A DNA stretch of 64,000 nucleotides. Source: Candidatus Magasanikiibacteriota bacterium (GTDB taxonomy: Bacteria > Patescibacteriota > Patescibacteriia > Magasanikbacterales > GWA2-37-8). Below, one piece after another: positions 18,130 through 27,901 of this stretch (the stretch's first letter is position 1; every line of letters begins with the position of its first letter). A program made the translations under genes and the position numbers. Where the stretch lies: NCBI GenBank assembly GCA_026396515.1, contig JAPLWQ010000002.1:193230-257229 (forward strand), in the 5' to 3' direction. The notes beneath the pieces are model-generated. The model made no database searches. It had not been told where the DNA came from and saw only the letters and a program-made list of their open reading frames with translations.

Positions 18130-18693
18130 TTAAATATTGATATTATCATCAGCTAAAATCTCGTCCAGTTTTTTATCAATCTCTTTCAGATCAAGCGTTT
18201 TAGCTTTGACCGGCACTTTCGGGAAAACAACTTTCTCCGCTTCCGCATCAACCGCCTCTTCTTTAGCCAAATCCGCTGTTTCAATCAATTGCTCTTGTAC
18301 CGGTGTTTCTTTAAAGTCCGATTCAACCTTATCTACAACAAATGTTCGCGCCTGCTCTTCCTGTTGCGGCATTTCGTTAAAATAGGTTATTTTTTGCGCG
18401 CCAATCATCGCTTTATTATAATGCGTAATAATAGCGCGGAGTAGACCGCGGCTTAATCTTAATTTTTCTTCAATCTTTTGTATATTTTCCGGCTCAGCAG
18501 AAAAAACAACTGTATAAAAATAGCCATAGCGCACCTGCTTAATCGGATACGCCAAACGATTTTTGCCAAGCACAGTCAAATCGGCTTCCTGGACAAATTC
18601 ATTAATTATTTCAACAACTTCTTTTGTTTTGACCTCCGCTTCTTTTTCATCAAGCGTTCCAGGCAAAACCAACAATAACTCGTATTTTCTCAT
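18130..18693 (-). CDS. rpsF: 30S ribosomal protein S6 with a long acidic C-terminal extension
   Basis: MRKYELLLVL...RLAYPIK N-terminal domain. 187 aa is longer than a typical S6 because of an E/D/K-rich tail. Confidence 0.85.
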   Translation of the reverse strand: MRKYELLLVLPGTLDEKEAEVKTKEVVEIINEFVQEADLTVLGKNRLAYPIKQVRYGYFYTVVFSAEPENIQKIEEKLRLSRGLLRAIITHYNKAMIGAQKITYFNEMPQQEEQARTFVVDKVESDFKETPVQEQLIETADLAKEEAVDAEAEKVVFPKVPVKAKTLDLKEIDKKLDEILADDNINI

Positions 18694-18938
18694 AATTTAC
18701 TTTTTAACAAATTACGGTAATTCTCAAATGATTACCTTTTTGGCGCATTTAATATAGCATATGCGCGAAATAAGTCAACCCCGCAGAATCTCCTGGAGCT
18801 CTGCCGGGCAAGCCCCGTGCAAACAATAATTAATGAACGAATCTCTCATCAACCCGCCTCTTATTCTCGTAAACATACAATATATATGCTATAATACAGC
18901 TAAACCGCATGTAGTGGTGAGTTTTTCGCTTATACAAT

Positions 18939-20666
18939 ATGATACCTATAAAAATACTGGAGGATGTAGTCAAAAAATACGGTCTGGTGAAAGACGAAGG
19001 GAAGTGGGGACAGGCCAAAAAAGACGCTATAGCACAAAATAAGGACCTTGTGGAAATCGCCTTAGGCGCGAATATATTAGACGAAAACGCGCTTTTTCTT
19101 AAAATCGCCGAGTATCTTGGCCTGGAATTTGTGTCCTTTAAGGGGCGCGATATCAGCCAAGAAGTTATCAATCTGGTGCCCAATCCCCTGGCTCTGACCC
19201 ACAATGTAGTGGCCTATGACAAAACCAAAAGCGAGGTGCTACTTGCGATGACCGACCCGACCGATATCGAAGCGGCTGAATTTATCCGCCGGAAGACCGG
19301 ACTGGAACCGAAAATTGCCGCCACTTCTCCAACGGAGATGAAGGAGGCGCTACGAATGTACCGGACCGGTTTTGAGGAGGAGTTTAAGATAATCCAGGAA
19401 AAATCTGCCGAGGCCGCTTCAAGCGGAGATCTGAAAAAAGTGGCCGAAGAACTGCCAATTGTGAATGTTGTGAACAGTATTTTGGAACATGCCATCTACG
19501 AGGGTGCATCCGATATCCACGTTGAACCAAATGAGAAAGAAATGGACATTCGCTACCGGATTGACGGGGTGTTGCGGCCGATAATGACTTTGCCAAAAAG
19601 TCTGCAAAACGGAATCGTGGCGAGAGTAAAAATTCTCGCAAATCTCAAACTCGACGAACACATGGCCCCGCAGGACGGCCGTTTCAAAATTCAAATTCAA
19701 AATGACAGAACCGCATTTCGTGTCTCCATCATACCGGTCTATGATGGGGAAAAGATCGTAATGCGACTTTTACCTGAAGGCGCCAAGTCGCTCACGTTGG
19801 ATCAACTGGGCTTTCTTGAACAGCCGAAGCAGGCCTTAGAGCGCGCCATAAAAAAACCAAACGGCATGATTCTCGTCACCGGCCCCACCGGTTCAGGTAA
19901 AACTACTACCCTATACTCTATTTTAAGCATGCTTAACCAACCGGGAGTAAATATTTCCACTATCGAAGACCCAATTGAGTACCGTATTAAAGGAATTAAC
20001 CAGAGCCAAATCAATCCGAAAGTCGGTTTCACTTTTGCCACCGGATTACGCGCTTTTTTGCGCCAAGATCCGAATATTATCATGGTCGGAGAAATCCGCG
20101 ACCAGGAGACCGCGGAGATATCCGTCCACGCGGCCATGACCGGACATCTGGTGCTTTCCACTTTGCACACCAATGACGCGCCGACCACTCTACCCCGTCT
20201 CATTGATATGGGAGTACCGCCGTTTCTTGTCGCTTATACCATCAATTTAATTGTCGCCCAACGTTTATTACGAAAAATTTGTACGTTCTGCAAATCCGAA
20301 TTCAAATTGGACAAAAATTCTTTGAACGAATTAGCAAAAGTATTCGGCGTGGAAAAAATTCTGAATTTATTTAAGCAAGCCGGAGTACTTAAGGCCGGAG
20401 AAACGTCTTTGGAAGAAATTACTTTTTATCAGGGCGCCGGCTGTGCCAAATGCAATCAGAGCGGGTACAAGGGACGCCTTGGCATATATGAGGTGCTGGA
20501 GATGAACAATGAGATTACAAAAAAAATAAACGAACACGCCACGGCGGCCGAGCTCAAGACAATCGCTCAAAAATTCGGCATGTTAACTATGTCTGAAGAC
20601 GGCTTAATTAAGGCAAAAATGGGCATTACTTCCATTAGCGAAATTTTGCGCGTTACCAAGGATTAA
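18939..20666 (+). CDS. pilB: Type IV pilus assembly ATPase PilB (GspE family)
   Basis: N-terminal GSPII_E_N-like domain, Walker A GPTGSGKTT, Asp box, His box, tetracysteine CxxC...CxxC. Confidence 0.9.
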   Translation: MIPIKILEDVVKKYGLVKDEGKWGQAKKDAIAQNKDLVEIALGANILDENALFLKIAEYLGLEFVSFKGRDISQEVINLVPNPLALTHNVVAYDKTKSEVLLAMTDPTDIEAAEFIRRKTGLEPKIAATSPTEMKEALRMYRTGFEEEFKIIQEKSAEAASSGDLKKVAEELPIVNVVNSILEHAIYEGASDIHVEPNEKEMDIRYRIDGVLRPIMTLPKSLQNGIVARVKILANLKLDEHMAPQDGRFKIQIQNDRTAFRVSIIPVYDGEKIVMRLLPEGAKSLTLDQLGFLEQPKQALERAIKKPNGMILVTGPTGSGKTTTLYSILSMLNQPGVNISTIEDPIEYRIKGINQSQINPKVGFTFATGLRAFLRQDPNIIMVGEIRDQETAEISVHAAMTGHLVLSTLHTNDAPTTLPRLIDMGVPPFLVAYTINLIVAQRLLRKICTFCKSEFKLDKNSLNELAKVFGVEKILNLFKQAGVLKAGETSLEEITFYQGAGCAKCNQSGYKGRLGIYEVLEMNNEITKKINEHATAAELKTIAQKFGMLTMSEDGLIKAKMGITSISEILRVTKD

Positions 20667-20674
20667 ACATTACT

Positions 20675-21775
20675 ATGGAGGGCGAAAATCACCTAACTTT
20701 ATGGAAAAAGGTTGAAATCTGGCTCACGGATAATCTGACCCGTGTGTCTTTTGTTGAAAAATATCTTTTTGTTCATCATCTGCAAATAATGACCAATGCC
20801 GGACTTTCAATCGTTTCGAGCTTGCACGTTCTCAGTCAGGAAGTAAAAAACAAGAAATTAAAAAAAATCATAACAAACATTAAATCAGAGGTGGAAACGG
20901 GCAAGCAATTAAGCGAGGTATTGGCGCGTTATCCAAAAATTTTTCCGCGTATTTATGTGAGTATGATTGCCGCCGGCGAAGTCGCCGGAAAGATGGAGGA
21001 GGCGCTAGCGCAAATCAGCCACCAAATGAAACAAAGCCAGCAAATATCGTCAAAAGTGCGCGGCGCTATGATATACCCTCTTATCATAATCATTGCCATG
21101 GTCGGCATTTCAATATTTGTTGTTTTTTATATTCTTCCCAAAATCATGGTTATGTTTGATGAAATGGATGTGGAACTTCCTCTGGCCACCCGCTTTTTGA
21201 TCGCTCTGACAAAATTCGCACAAAATTATTGGTGGCTGGTACTGATAGTTATCGGCGTGGCCGTCGCTTCGTTTACCCGCTTGATGAAGATCTCCGGTTT
21301 TAAACATGCTATACATTCACTCTATCTTCGCCTGCCGATATTCGGCGTAATTATTAAAAAAATAAATCTGGCGCGCTTTACGCTCACGCTGTCTTCACTG
21401 CTCGCTTCCACAATCCCGGTGGTTGAAGCGGTCCGCATTTCCTCTGAGGTGCTTGGAAATGTAATTTTCAGGGACAATCTGCTTGCCGCTTCAGAGGCGT
21501 TGAAGCGCGGCGAATCGCTATCAGAAGTTCTGTCGCGATATCCAAGAACTTTTCCACCAATGGTCAACGAGATGATTATGGTCGGAGAACAATCCGGCAA
21601 GATGGAAAATATGCTTTCTGAGCTGTCTGAGTATTACAATAATGAAGTTGAGACAACAATGAATAATTTTACGGCGGTAATTGAACCTGTGATTATTCTG
21701 TTGCTTGGGCTTGGCGTTGCCGGTATCGCCGTTGCCGTTATTATGCCGATGTATTCGCTGGCGCAAAACATTTAA
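20675..21775 (+). CDS. pilC: Type IV pilus platform protein PilC (GspF family)
   Basis: 366 aa with two GspF repeats and 3-4 TM helices. Confidence 0.85.
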   Translation: MEGENHLTLWKKVEIWLTDNLTRVSFVEKYLFVHHLQIMTNAGLSIVSSLHVLSQEVKNKKLKKIITNIKSEVETGKQLSEVLARYPKIFPRIYVSMIAAGEVAGKMEEALAQISHQMKQSQQISSKVRGAMIYPLIIIIAMVGISIFVVFYILPKIMVMFDEMDVELPLATRFLIALTKFAQNYWWLVLIVIGVAVASFTRLMKISGFKHAIHSLYLRLPIFGVIIKKINLARFTLTLSSLLASTIPVVEAVRISSEVLGNVIFRDNLLAASEALKRGESLSEVLSRYPRTFPPMVNEMIMVGEQSGKMENMLSELSEYYNNEVETTMNNFTAVIEPVIILLLGLGVAGIAVAVIMPMYSLAQNI

Positions 21776-21779
21776 TATT

Positions 21780-22871
21780 ATGTTTATCAACAATCCATTC
21801 CATAATGCATTTGGCCTTGATATCGGCGACTCATCGCTCAAGCTTGTTCGTCTTGAAAAAAAAGTCCGGCTTAGCGGCAGAGCGCAATATGAAGCTCCTG
21901 ACATCCGCCAAATCTCCCTACCCGCCGGATGTATTGTCGGCGGAGAAATACGACAACCGGAGTTGGCCAGAGAGAAAATAAAATTATTGTTAGATAAACA
22001 AAATGATGCACCGGCTATTCGCACATCTTGGGTGGTCGCCGACTTGCCGGTATCAAAAACTTTTTTAAAACTTATCCGAATTAGCGCACCTGAAAATGAA
22101 GTTAACGATGAAACAATGCGCCTTGAAGCGACAAAGCATCTTCCTCTGGACATTAAGGAAATGGATATTGATTGGCAGATAATTCACGGCCAAACGCTAA
22201 AACCGAGCGCCACATTCGTACTTCTTGGTGCCACGCCAAAAAATATCGTCAAATCGTATTCAAATTTGCTAAAATCAGCCGCTTTAACACCATTGGCTCT
22301 GGAAATTGAGGATATCTCTATAGCTCGTGCCATGATTACGGCGAATAAGGAATATCAGGGAGAAGCGCGGGCAATCCTGGACCTGGGCGGTTCGCGCTCA
22401 AGTTTAATTATTTATGATAAGGGGTCCATCCAATTCAGTTCATTGCTTAATTTTTCAGGTGACCTGATTGATAATACCATTATAGATCACCTAAAAATTG
22501 AGCCTGCCGCAGCAACCGCGCTTAAAAATAAAAATGGACTAAATTATTCCGACCAATACCCGTCATACTTGAAGATTGTCACAGAATTAAGCGAGAAACT
22601 TGTTGATAATATTTATCAGGCAATAATGTTTTATCGAGATCACTTTTACGAGCCAAATCCGGTGACGCATATTACTATGTCCGGGGGATTATCCGCTTTG
22701 ATAAACCTTGATAAGTTTCTATCAGACAAACTCCAAATTGAATCGACCCTCGGAAATGTTTGGAAAAATTTGTTTAATCCATCTTTGGAAAAAGAAAACG
22801 GCAAGGACCTGGCTATGGCCTCGGCAATAGGGCTGGCGCTCAAAGCGGCCGAATGGCCTATTATTAAGTAA
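21780..22871 (+). CDS. pilM: Type IV pilus assembly protein PilM (actin-like ATPase fold)
   Basis: Start MFINNPFHNAFGLDIGDSSLKLVRL one codon-gap after the pilC stop. Actin/FtsA-like fold. The track ORF begins upstream in the overlap. Confidence 0.75.
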   Translation: MFINNPFHNAFGLDIGDSSLKLVRLEKKVRLSGRAQYEAPDIRQISLPAGCIVGGEIRQPELAREKIKLLLDKQNDAPAIRTSWVVADLPVSKTFLKLIRISAPENEVNDETMRLEATKHLPLDIKEMDIDWQIIHGQTLKPSATFVLLGATPKNIVKSYSNLLKSAALTPLALEIEDISIARAMITANKEYQGEARAILDLGGSRSSLIIYDKGSIQFSSLLNFSGDLIDNTIIDHLKIEPAAATALKNKNGLNYSDQYPSYLKIVTELSEKLVDNIYQAIMFYRDHFYEPNPVTHITMSGGLSALINLDKFLSDKLQIESTLGNVWKNLFNPSLEKENGKDLAMASAIGLALKAAEWPIIK

Positions 22872-22872
22872 T

Positions 22873-23403
22873 ATGATGCCAATACATCTGAATTTCCTAC
22901 TGGATGAAGACCGCCGCAAGGTAAAATCTGCAGCCGTGCTGTCTTGGGTGTGTAATGTTTTGCGCTGCTTGCTGATTGTTTTAATTATTTTCAACGGATT
23001 TCTCGGCCTGGTATTTTTTCTTTTCCATGATCAGGTAGAAATTCTCGACCAACTCTCCAGCGATTCCAGCCAGCGCTATGCTTTCTACGACGAGCAAATT
23101 CAAAAAATTAACGGCCAAACCGGCCAGCTCAATCTGGCCGGAGAAAAATACCGTATTCTTACCGCCCGTTTCTGGTCTATTATCAATTCAGTGCCTCAAG
23201 ATATTAAGATATCAAATATCATACTGGATATAAACGACACAACAATGAATATACCGGGCGTGGCCCAAACGCGCGACGCATTGATTGCTTACGATAAATA
23301 TCTTTTAACGCTGCCTTGGGTGGAAAAAACGTCGCTGCCCAAATCGCAACTCCTGCAAAAAGAAAACGTGCCGTTTCAAATTCAGATAACAATAAAAAAA
23401 TGA
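22873..23403 (+). CDS. pilN: PilN-like bitopic protein
   Basis: Short cytoplasmic N-terminus, a single TM helix and a periplasmic coiled-coil region. Position is right after pilM. Confidence 0.5.
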   Translation: MMPIHLNFLLDEDRRKVKSAAVLSWVCNVLRCLLIVLIIFNGFLGLVFFLFHDQVEILDQLSSDSSQRYAFYDEQIQKINGQTGQLNLAGEKYRILTARFWSIINSVPQDIKISNIILDINDTTMNIPGVAQTRDALIAYDKYLLTLPWVEKTSLPKSQLLQKENVPFQIQITIKK

Positions 23404-23945
23404 GCTCCACTGCTAAAAAAACGATTATTTTTATTGGGATATCACTTATAATTAATATCCTGCTTATTGTCTTGGCGATAATAATTTCAAATAAGATAAC
23501 CGTTCAATCACGAACAATTTCAACCCAAGTAGCGGCTCTGAACAAACGAAATTTAAGCACCGAAAATTTGCGCGAAAGCTTGGCCCGCATAAAAACTGTC
23601 GGCGCCCGTATTGATAATATCGACAAATACTTATTTACGGCCGGCGAAGAACTTTCTCTTATTACCGACCTGGAAAATATCGCGGCAAAAAATAAAATCT
23701 CTTATAAAGTTGCCAGCTCCAATCTGGATAATTACCAAAACAATCGGCTTGATATTATTTTGAACGTCGACGGCCCGCTTTCCGGCATAATAAAATATTT
23801 GTCGGATTTAGAATCTTATAAATATGTAGTATCAATCCAAAGAATTGAATTTGCTCCATCCGGTTCATTAAACCAGGAAAATAGCTCGCAAATAAACGTA
23901 AATATGCGGCTAATTCTGTTTTTATATGCTCAACCGACAAAATAA
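23400..23945 (+). CDS. PilO-like bitopic protein
   Basis: Start MSSTAKKTIIFIGISLIINILL overlaps the pilN stop (ATGA). Single TM helix plus a soluble domain. Confidence 0.45.
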   Translation: MSSTAKKTIIFIGISLIINILLIVLAIIISNKITVQSRTISTQVAALNKRNLSTENLRESLARIKTVGARIDNIDKYLFTAGEELSLITDLENIAAKNKISYKVASSNLDNYQNNRLDIILNVDGPLSGIIKYLSDLESYKYVVSIQRIEFAPSGSLNQENSSQINVNMRLILFLYAQPTK

Positions 23946-24330
23946 CAACTTACCGAAAAAGTACAATTTGACTCCGAATGAAAAGAACTATATGATCTGG
24001 TTGTTTTCTACCCTGTCTTTTATGATTGCAGTTATCGCCGTTCTTTGCGTATATGGCATCATTATCTACCATCGTGCCTTAAATCTATTTAATTCGACGA
24101 ATGAACAAATTGTCCAAAAAACCGGCTTGGAAATGACATCGGAAATTAATTCCGCAGCGGTTGAATTGGTTGAAAAAATAATTAGCAAAAAGATTGAAAC
24201 GCCGCAATTGCCGGAAAAAGCGCGAAATATATTCTTTTATAATTCCTACATCAATATTTTACCGCCGGCGGCTATTCCCGAAATTATTACAGCCACAACC
24301 AGCGGCATAAATTCCGACAATCAACAATAA
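23926..24330 (+). CDS. Small membrane protein in the pilus operon (PilP-like?)
   Basis: 134 aa, one TM helix. Placement is by operon position only. Confidence 0.3.
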   Translation: MLNRQNNNLPKKYNLTPNEKNYMIWLFSTLSFMIAVIAVLCVYGIIIYHRALNLFNSTNEQIVQKTGLEMTSEINSAAVELVEKIISKKIETPQLPEKARNIFFYNSYINILPPAAIPEIITATTSGINSDNQQ

Positions 24331-24340
24331 CATTCAGCAC

Positions 24341-25540
24341 ATGTCCCGATCAATAGAAAATGAAACATGGTTTGTTTTGGGGTCGTTCCCGGAATTATCG
24401 GCCGCAGAAATATCTGCGGTTTTGTCTTTGGACGAACGGTCCTTTGTTTATAAGCCGCCATTTCTTATCATTTATGGAAATACGGCAGACAATGATAGTC
24501 TTATGTTGAGGCTCGGCGGTACAGTAAAAATTGCTAAAGGCCTCTTTACCGCAGAAACTGAAGCGGTTTTGATTAAAAAAATTTGTGCTAATTTGGCCAA
24601 TAATTCAGGAAAGATAACTTTTGGAATAAGCAATTATTATAAGGAAGGTAACACCGCAAAATTTTCTGAGCAGCTGGGAAAGGAAATAAAGAAAAATCTC
24701 AAACAGCAGGGGTTGTCGGTTAGATATGTATTTAACAGCGATCCAATATTGTCATCTGTAACCGTATCCAAGAATGGTCTCACCGGCCGAGGAAAGGAAT
24801 TTATTATTTCAAAAGATGAAGAAAAATTTTTTGTCGCCGCGACCGTCGCCGTTCAACCTTACGAGGATTGGGGCAGCCGCGATTTTGGCCGTCCGGAAAG
24901 GGATGACGTGAGCGGTATGCTGCCGCCGAAACTGGCGCGTATCATGCTCAATTTATCCCAGGCGGATGAGAACGATGCTGTCCTAGATCCTTTTTGCGGC
25001 TCAGGAACCATAATAACTGAGGCTCTAACGATCGGCATGAACAAAATCATCGGTTCGGATAGTTCGGAAAAAGCGATTAATGACACTAGGTCAAATATTG
25101 ACTGGCTGATATCAAGAAATAAGAACCTCCAAAAATCCAAAGTTGATTTATTTTCTTCTGATATTACCGACTTAACAAGACGACTTGAGCCTGATTCAAT
25201 AGACGCGATAATCACCGAACCGTATCTTGGCAAGCCGTTGCATGGCACAGAAACCGTCGCTGAACTAAAAAAACAGGCAATAGAACTTTCAACCTTATAC
25301 CGCATGGCTTTTGTCACATTCAAAAAAATCGTAAAAAAGAACGGACGCGTTGTTATTATCTTTCCAAGATTTCGATATAATAACGAATGGATTACGATTA
25401 ACATTCTTGATAGTCTAAAAATCCTTGGCTTTACTCCGGAAACTTTAATAAAAATAGGGAACCGAACAGTCGATTCCCTACCATATAGTCGCCCTAATCA
25501 AAAAGTCGGAAGAGAAATTTGGCGCTTCAAAAAAAATTAA
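24341..25540 (+). CDS. Class I SAM-dependent methyltransferase (THUMP-like N-terminal region; RNA/DNA N-methyltransferase type)
   Basis: Motif I VLDPFCGSGTIITEA and motif IV-like DAIITEPYLG, which is DPPY-like. Confidence 0.55.
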   Translation: MSRSIENETWFVLGSFPELSAAEISAVLSLDERSFVYKPPFLIIYGNTADNDSLMLRLGGTVKIAKGLFTAETEAVLIKKICANLANNSGKITFGISNYYKEGNTAKFSEQLGKEIKKNLKQQGLSVRYVFNSDPILSSVTVSKNGLTGRGKEFIISKDEEKFFVAATVAVQPYEDWGSRDFGRPERDDVSGMLPPKLARIMLNLSQADENDAVLDPFCGSGTIITEALTIGMNKIIGSDSSEKAINDTRSNIDWLISRNKNLQKSKVDLFSSDITDLTRRLEPDSIDAIITEPYLGKPLHGTETVAELKKQAIELSTLYRMAFVTFKKIVKKNGRVVIIFPRFRYNNEWITINILDSLKILGFTPETLIKIGNRTVDSLPYSRPNQKVGREIWRFKKN

Positions 25541-26608
25541 TTATCTTGAATTTGGATTTGTCGGAGTGCTTGTCGAACCGGTGTCCGGTTCGATTATTAT
25601 TTCTGTCCCGCTGTCATCCGCCGATCCCGGTTCAACGACTCCGGCGTCATCCACCGGTGCTTCCACATCAAGCAAGTTTATACTATCGTCGCTAGATGTA
25701 ACAATATCAAATACCACATCATCCGGATTGGCGCTGGTAAATTGCTCAAATTCTTTGATAATTTCTTCGCGGTATTCATCCAGAGCTTCCTCGCTCGTCA
25801 TACCACCATCTTCAATGGCCTGCAAACGGTCATTAATCTTTTCATCGGCTTCAAGCGACGACTTCACCCATTCTTCACCCAGCACCGCATCGCCCACTTG
25901 CTTAACATCTTCCGAAATTTCTTTCCCGATGCTCGCATAATCCAATACTGTGGCATCGAATATTTCCAAATACTTATCCTCTTCAACCGCCGCCTGCTGA
26001 TTTCCAATCACTTCATCTGTTTCTGGGTTAACAGCATTAACCGCAATTATATGTTCTGACCCGATAATACGGGTCTTTCCGCGTGAATAACTCATGCCGA
26101 ATGCCGAACCGCGCACCGCCGCGACAGCATTAGTTGTTCGCACTTCCCAAACCGACTCCGGCGTCGCCAATTTCATAATTTTTGACCAAAGATTGCCGAC
26201 AATTAATTTAATTCTAACCGTTAGGGTTTTTGTTTTGACATCATACATTCCGGCGGATATTGTAATCTTTGTTTGTGAATCTAAACGGGCCACTGATCCA
26301 TCCGAAAAAAAGATATTCGCCAAACCGTTTTTATCAGTTTCAATTGTCACACCCGCGTCCACTTCATCACCGGTTTTAAGAACAATTTTTTCTGTATTGC
26401 TTGTAATTAAAAAAGCCCCATCCTTAATAACTTGAATCCATGGCTTGCTCGCCATAGTGCCCGTATCTTTTGTCTGATCGCCTTTTTGCTCTTCTGTCTG
26501 TTGCACATTGAGATTCGTTTCAGCAGTTTTCTTGCCACAACCGCTAAACAACATCGCTCCGGCGATGAGAAGAACAAAAATCGCTAAAATGCCTATTGTA
26601 TGCTTCAT
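25541..26608 (-). CDS. FecR-domain lipoprotein with acidic C-terminal tail
   Basis: Lipobox LFSGC. Sequence ...VAAVRGSAFGMSY resembles the FecR domain. D/E/T-rich C-terminus. Confidence 0.5.
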   Translation of the reverse strand: MKHTIGILAIFVLLIAGAMLFSGCGKKTAETNLNVQQTEEQKGDQTKDTGTMASKPWIQVIKDGAFLITSNTEKIVLKTGDEVDAGVTIETDKNGLANIFFSDGSVARLDSQTKITISAGMYDVKTKTLTVRIKLIVGNLWSKIMKLATPESVWEVRTTNAVAAVRGSAFGMSYSRGKTRIIGSEHIIAVNAVNPETDEVIGNQQAAVEEDKYLEIFDATVLDYASIGKEISEDVKQVGDAVLGEEWVKSSLEADEKINDRLQAIEDGGMTSEEALDEYREEIIKEFEQFTSANPDDVVFDIVTSSDDSINLLDVEAPVDDAGVVEPGSADDSGTEIIIEPDTGSTSTPTNPNSR

Positions 26609-26617
26609 ATATATTTA

Positions 26618-27697
26618 TTACGTACTAATATGAAAATATATGACATCACCATCCTTTACAACGTAATCTTTTCCTTCCAGCCGCATTTTCCCGGTTTCTT
26701 TAATCTTACTCCAGCCGCCATATTTTACAAAGTCCTCCCAATTCATAACATCTGCTTTAATAAAACCCTTGATAAAGTCGGTATGTATCACACCAGCGGC
26801 CTCAGGAGCTATCGCCCCTTGTCGGACAGTCCAAGCGCGTGTCTCCGGCTCTCCACTGGTCAAAAAAGTCACCAAATTCAATAACTTATAACTGGCCGTA
26901 ATAAGTTTATCTAACCCTGTTTCCGTCATGCCCAGATCTTTCAAATATTCTTTAGCTTCGGTTTCATCTAAATCAGCCAACTCCGATTCCAGTTTGGCAC
27001 AGATCTCAATTTGAACCGTACCTTCATTTATCTTTGTCGGCGTACCCTTTGCCGCTTCGGCTTCATCGACATTCAAAACATAAAGCATCGGCTTCATGGT
27101 TAAAAGGCACATATCACGCACCATTTCCATTTCATCGTCAGAATACTCAAGCTCGCGCGCCGCGCCGCCTTTTTGCAGGTGTGCGTAAACCCGCTCCAGC
27201 AACTCAATATTTTTTTGCGCGTCTTTGGCGGCCGCCCCTTTGGCATTTTTTTTAACAGACTCCAGGCGCTTACCGACCGTGCCTAAATCGGCCAGGGACA
27301 ATTCAATATTTATAACATCAGCGTCATCTTTCGGATTAACTTTATTGCTCACGTGTATAACATTCGTATCTTTAAAATCACGCACTACTTGAGCAATGGC
27401 ATCCACCTCGCGAATATGCGATAAAAATTGGTTGCCCAGCCCTTCGCCCTTGGACGCTCCGGCGACTAACCCGGCGATATCAACAAACTCAATGGCTGTG
27501 GGAACAATTTTTTGCGATTTTGATACTTCGGCAAGTTTGGCCAGCCGATCATCGGGTACCTCAACAACGCCGACATTGGGATCGATGGTACAAAAAGGAT
27601 AATTTTGCGCATTCGCCTGCTTGCTGCGCGTCAACGCATTGAAAAGTGTTGATTTTCCCACATTAGGTAAACCAACGATACCGACGGAAAGTGACAT
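26618..27697 (-). CDS. ychF: Ribosome-binding ATPase YchF (Obg family)
   Basis: [24 protein letters not shown]1 motif, TGS-like C-terminal domain, 359 aa. Confidence 0.9.
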   Translation of the reverse strand: MSLSVGIVGLPNVGKSTLFNALTRSKQANAQNYPFCTIDPNVGVVEVPDDRLAKLAEVSKSQKIVPTAIEFVDIAGLVAGASKGEGLGNQFLSHIREVDAIAQVVRDFKDTNVIHVSNKVNPKDDADVINIELSLADLGTVGKRLESVKKNAKGAAAKDAQKNIELLERVYAHLQKGGAARELEYSDDEMEMVRDMCLLTMKPMLYVLNVDEAEAAKGTPTKINEGTVQIEICAKLESELADLDETEAKEYLKDLGMTETGLDKLITASYKLLNLVTFLTSGEPETRAWTVRQGAIAPEAAGVIHTDFIKGFIKADVMNWEDFVKYGGWSKIKETGKMRLEGKDYVVKDGDVIYFHIST

Positions 27698-27743
27698 ATT
27701 ATTTTTTTATGCATAGAGACGAGGATTTCCTCGTCTCTATATC

Positions 27744-27817
27744 GTGGACCGTATCGGATTTGAACCGATGGCCTCTTCCATGCCATGGAAGCGCTCTAGC
27801 CAGCTGAGCTAACGGCC
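27744..27817 (-). tRNA. tRNA-Ala(GGC)
   Basis: Acceptor GGGCCGT/ACGGTCC with the G3:U70 identity pair, anticodon loop ATGGCAT, T-arm ATCGG-TTCAAAT-CCGAT. Confidence 0.85.
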
Positions 27818-27872
27818 CGAAATGTAAAAATATTATACTCCGCCGGCATATTTTGTCAAGACAAATAGAACA

Positions 27873-27900
27873 AAAACGCCGCTATTTAGCGGCGTTTTTT
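27873..27900. terminator. Intrinsic terminator ending the surface-protein operon
   Basis: AAAAACGCCGC-TATTT-AGCGGCGTTTTTT. Confidence 0.6.
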
Positions 27901-27901
27901 A

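Noticed and set aside
21521-22153. 210-aa minus-strand ORF
   Set aside because: It lies antisense to the pilC/pilM junction, where both plus-strand genes have clear homology. Shadow ORF.
27700-27743. Hairpin ATAGAGACGAGG-ATTTC-CTCGTCTCTAT between tRNA-Ala(GGC) and ychF as a terminator
   Set aside because: On the transcribed (minus) strand the hairpin is followed by an A-run, not a U-run. It is more likely a processing or spacer structure, so it was not called as a terminator.
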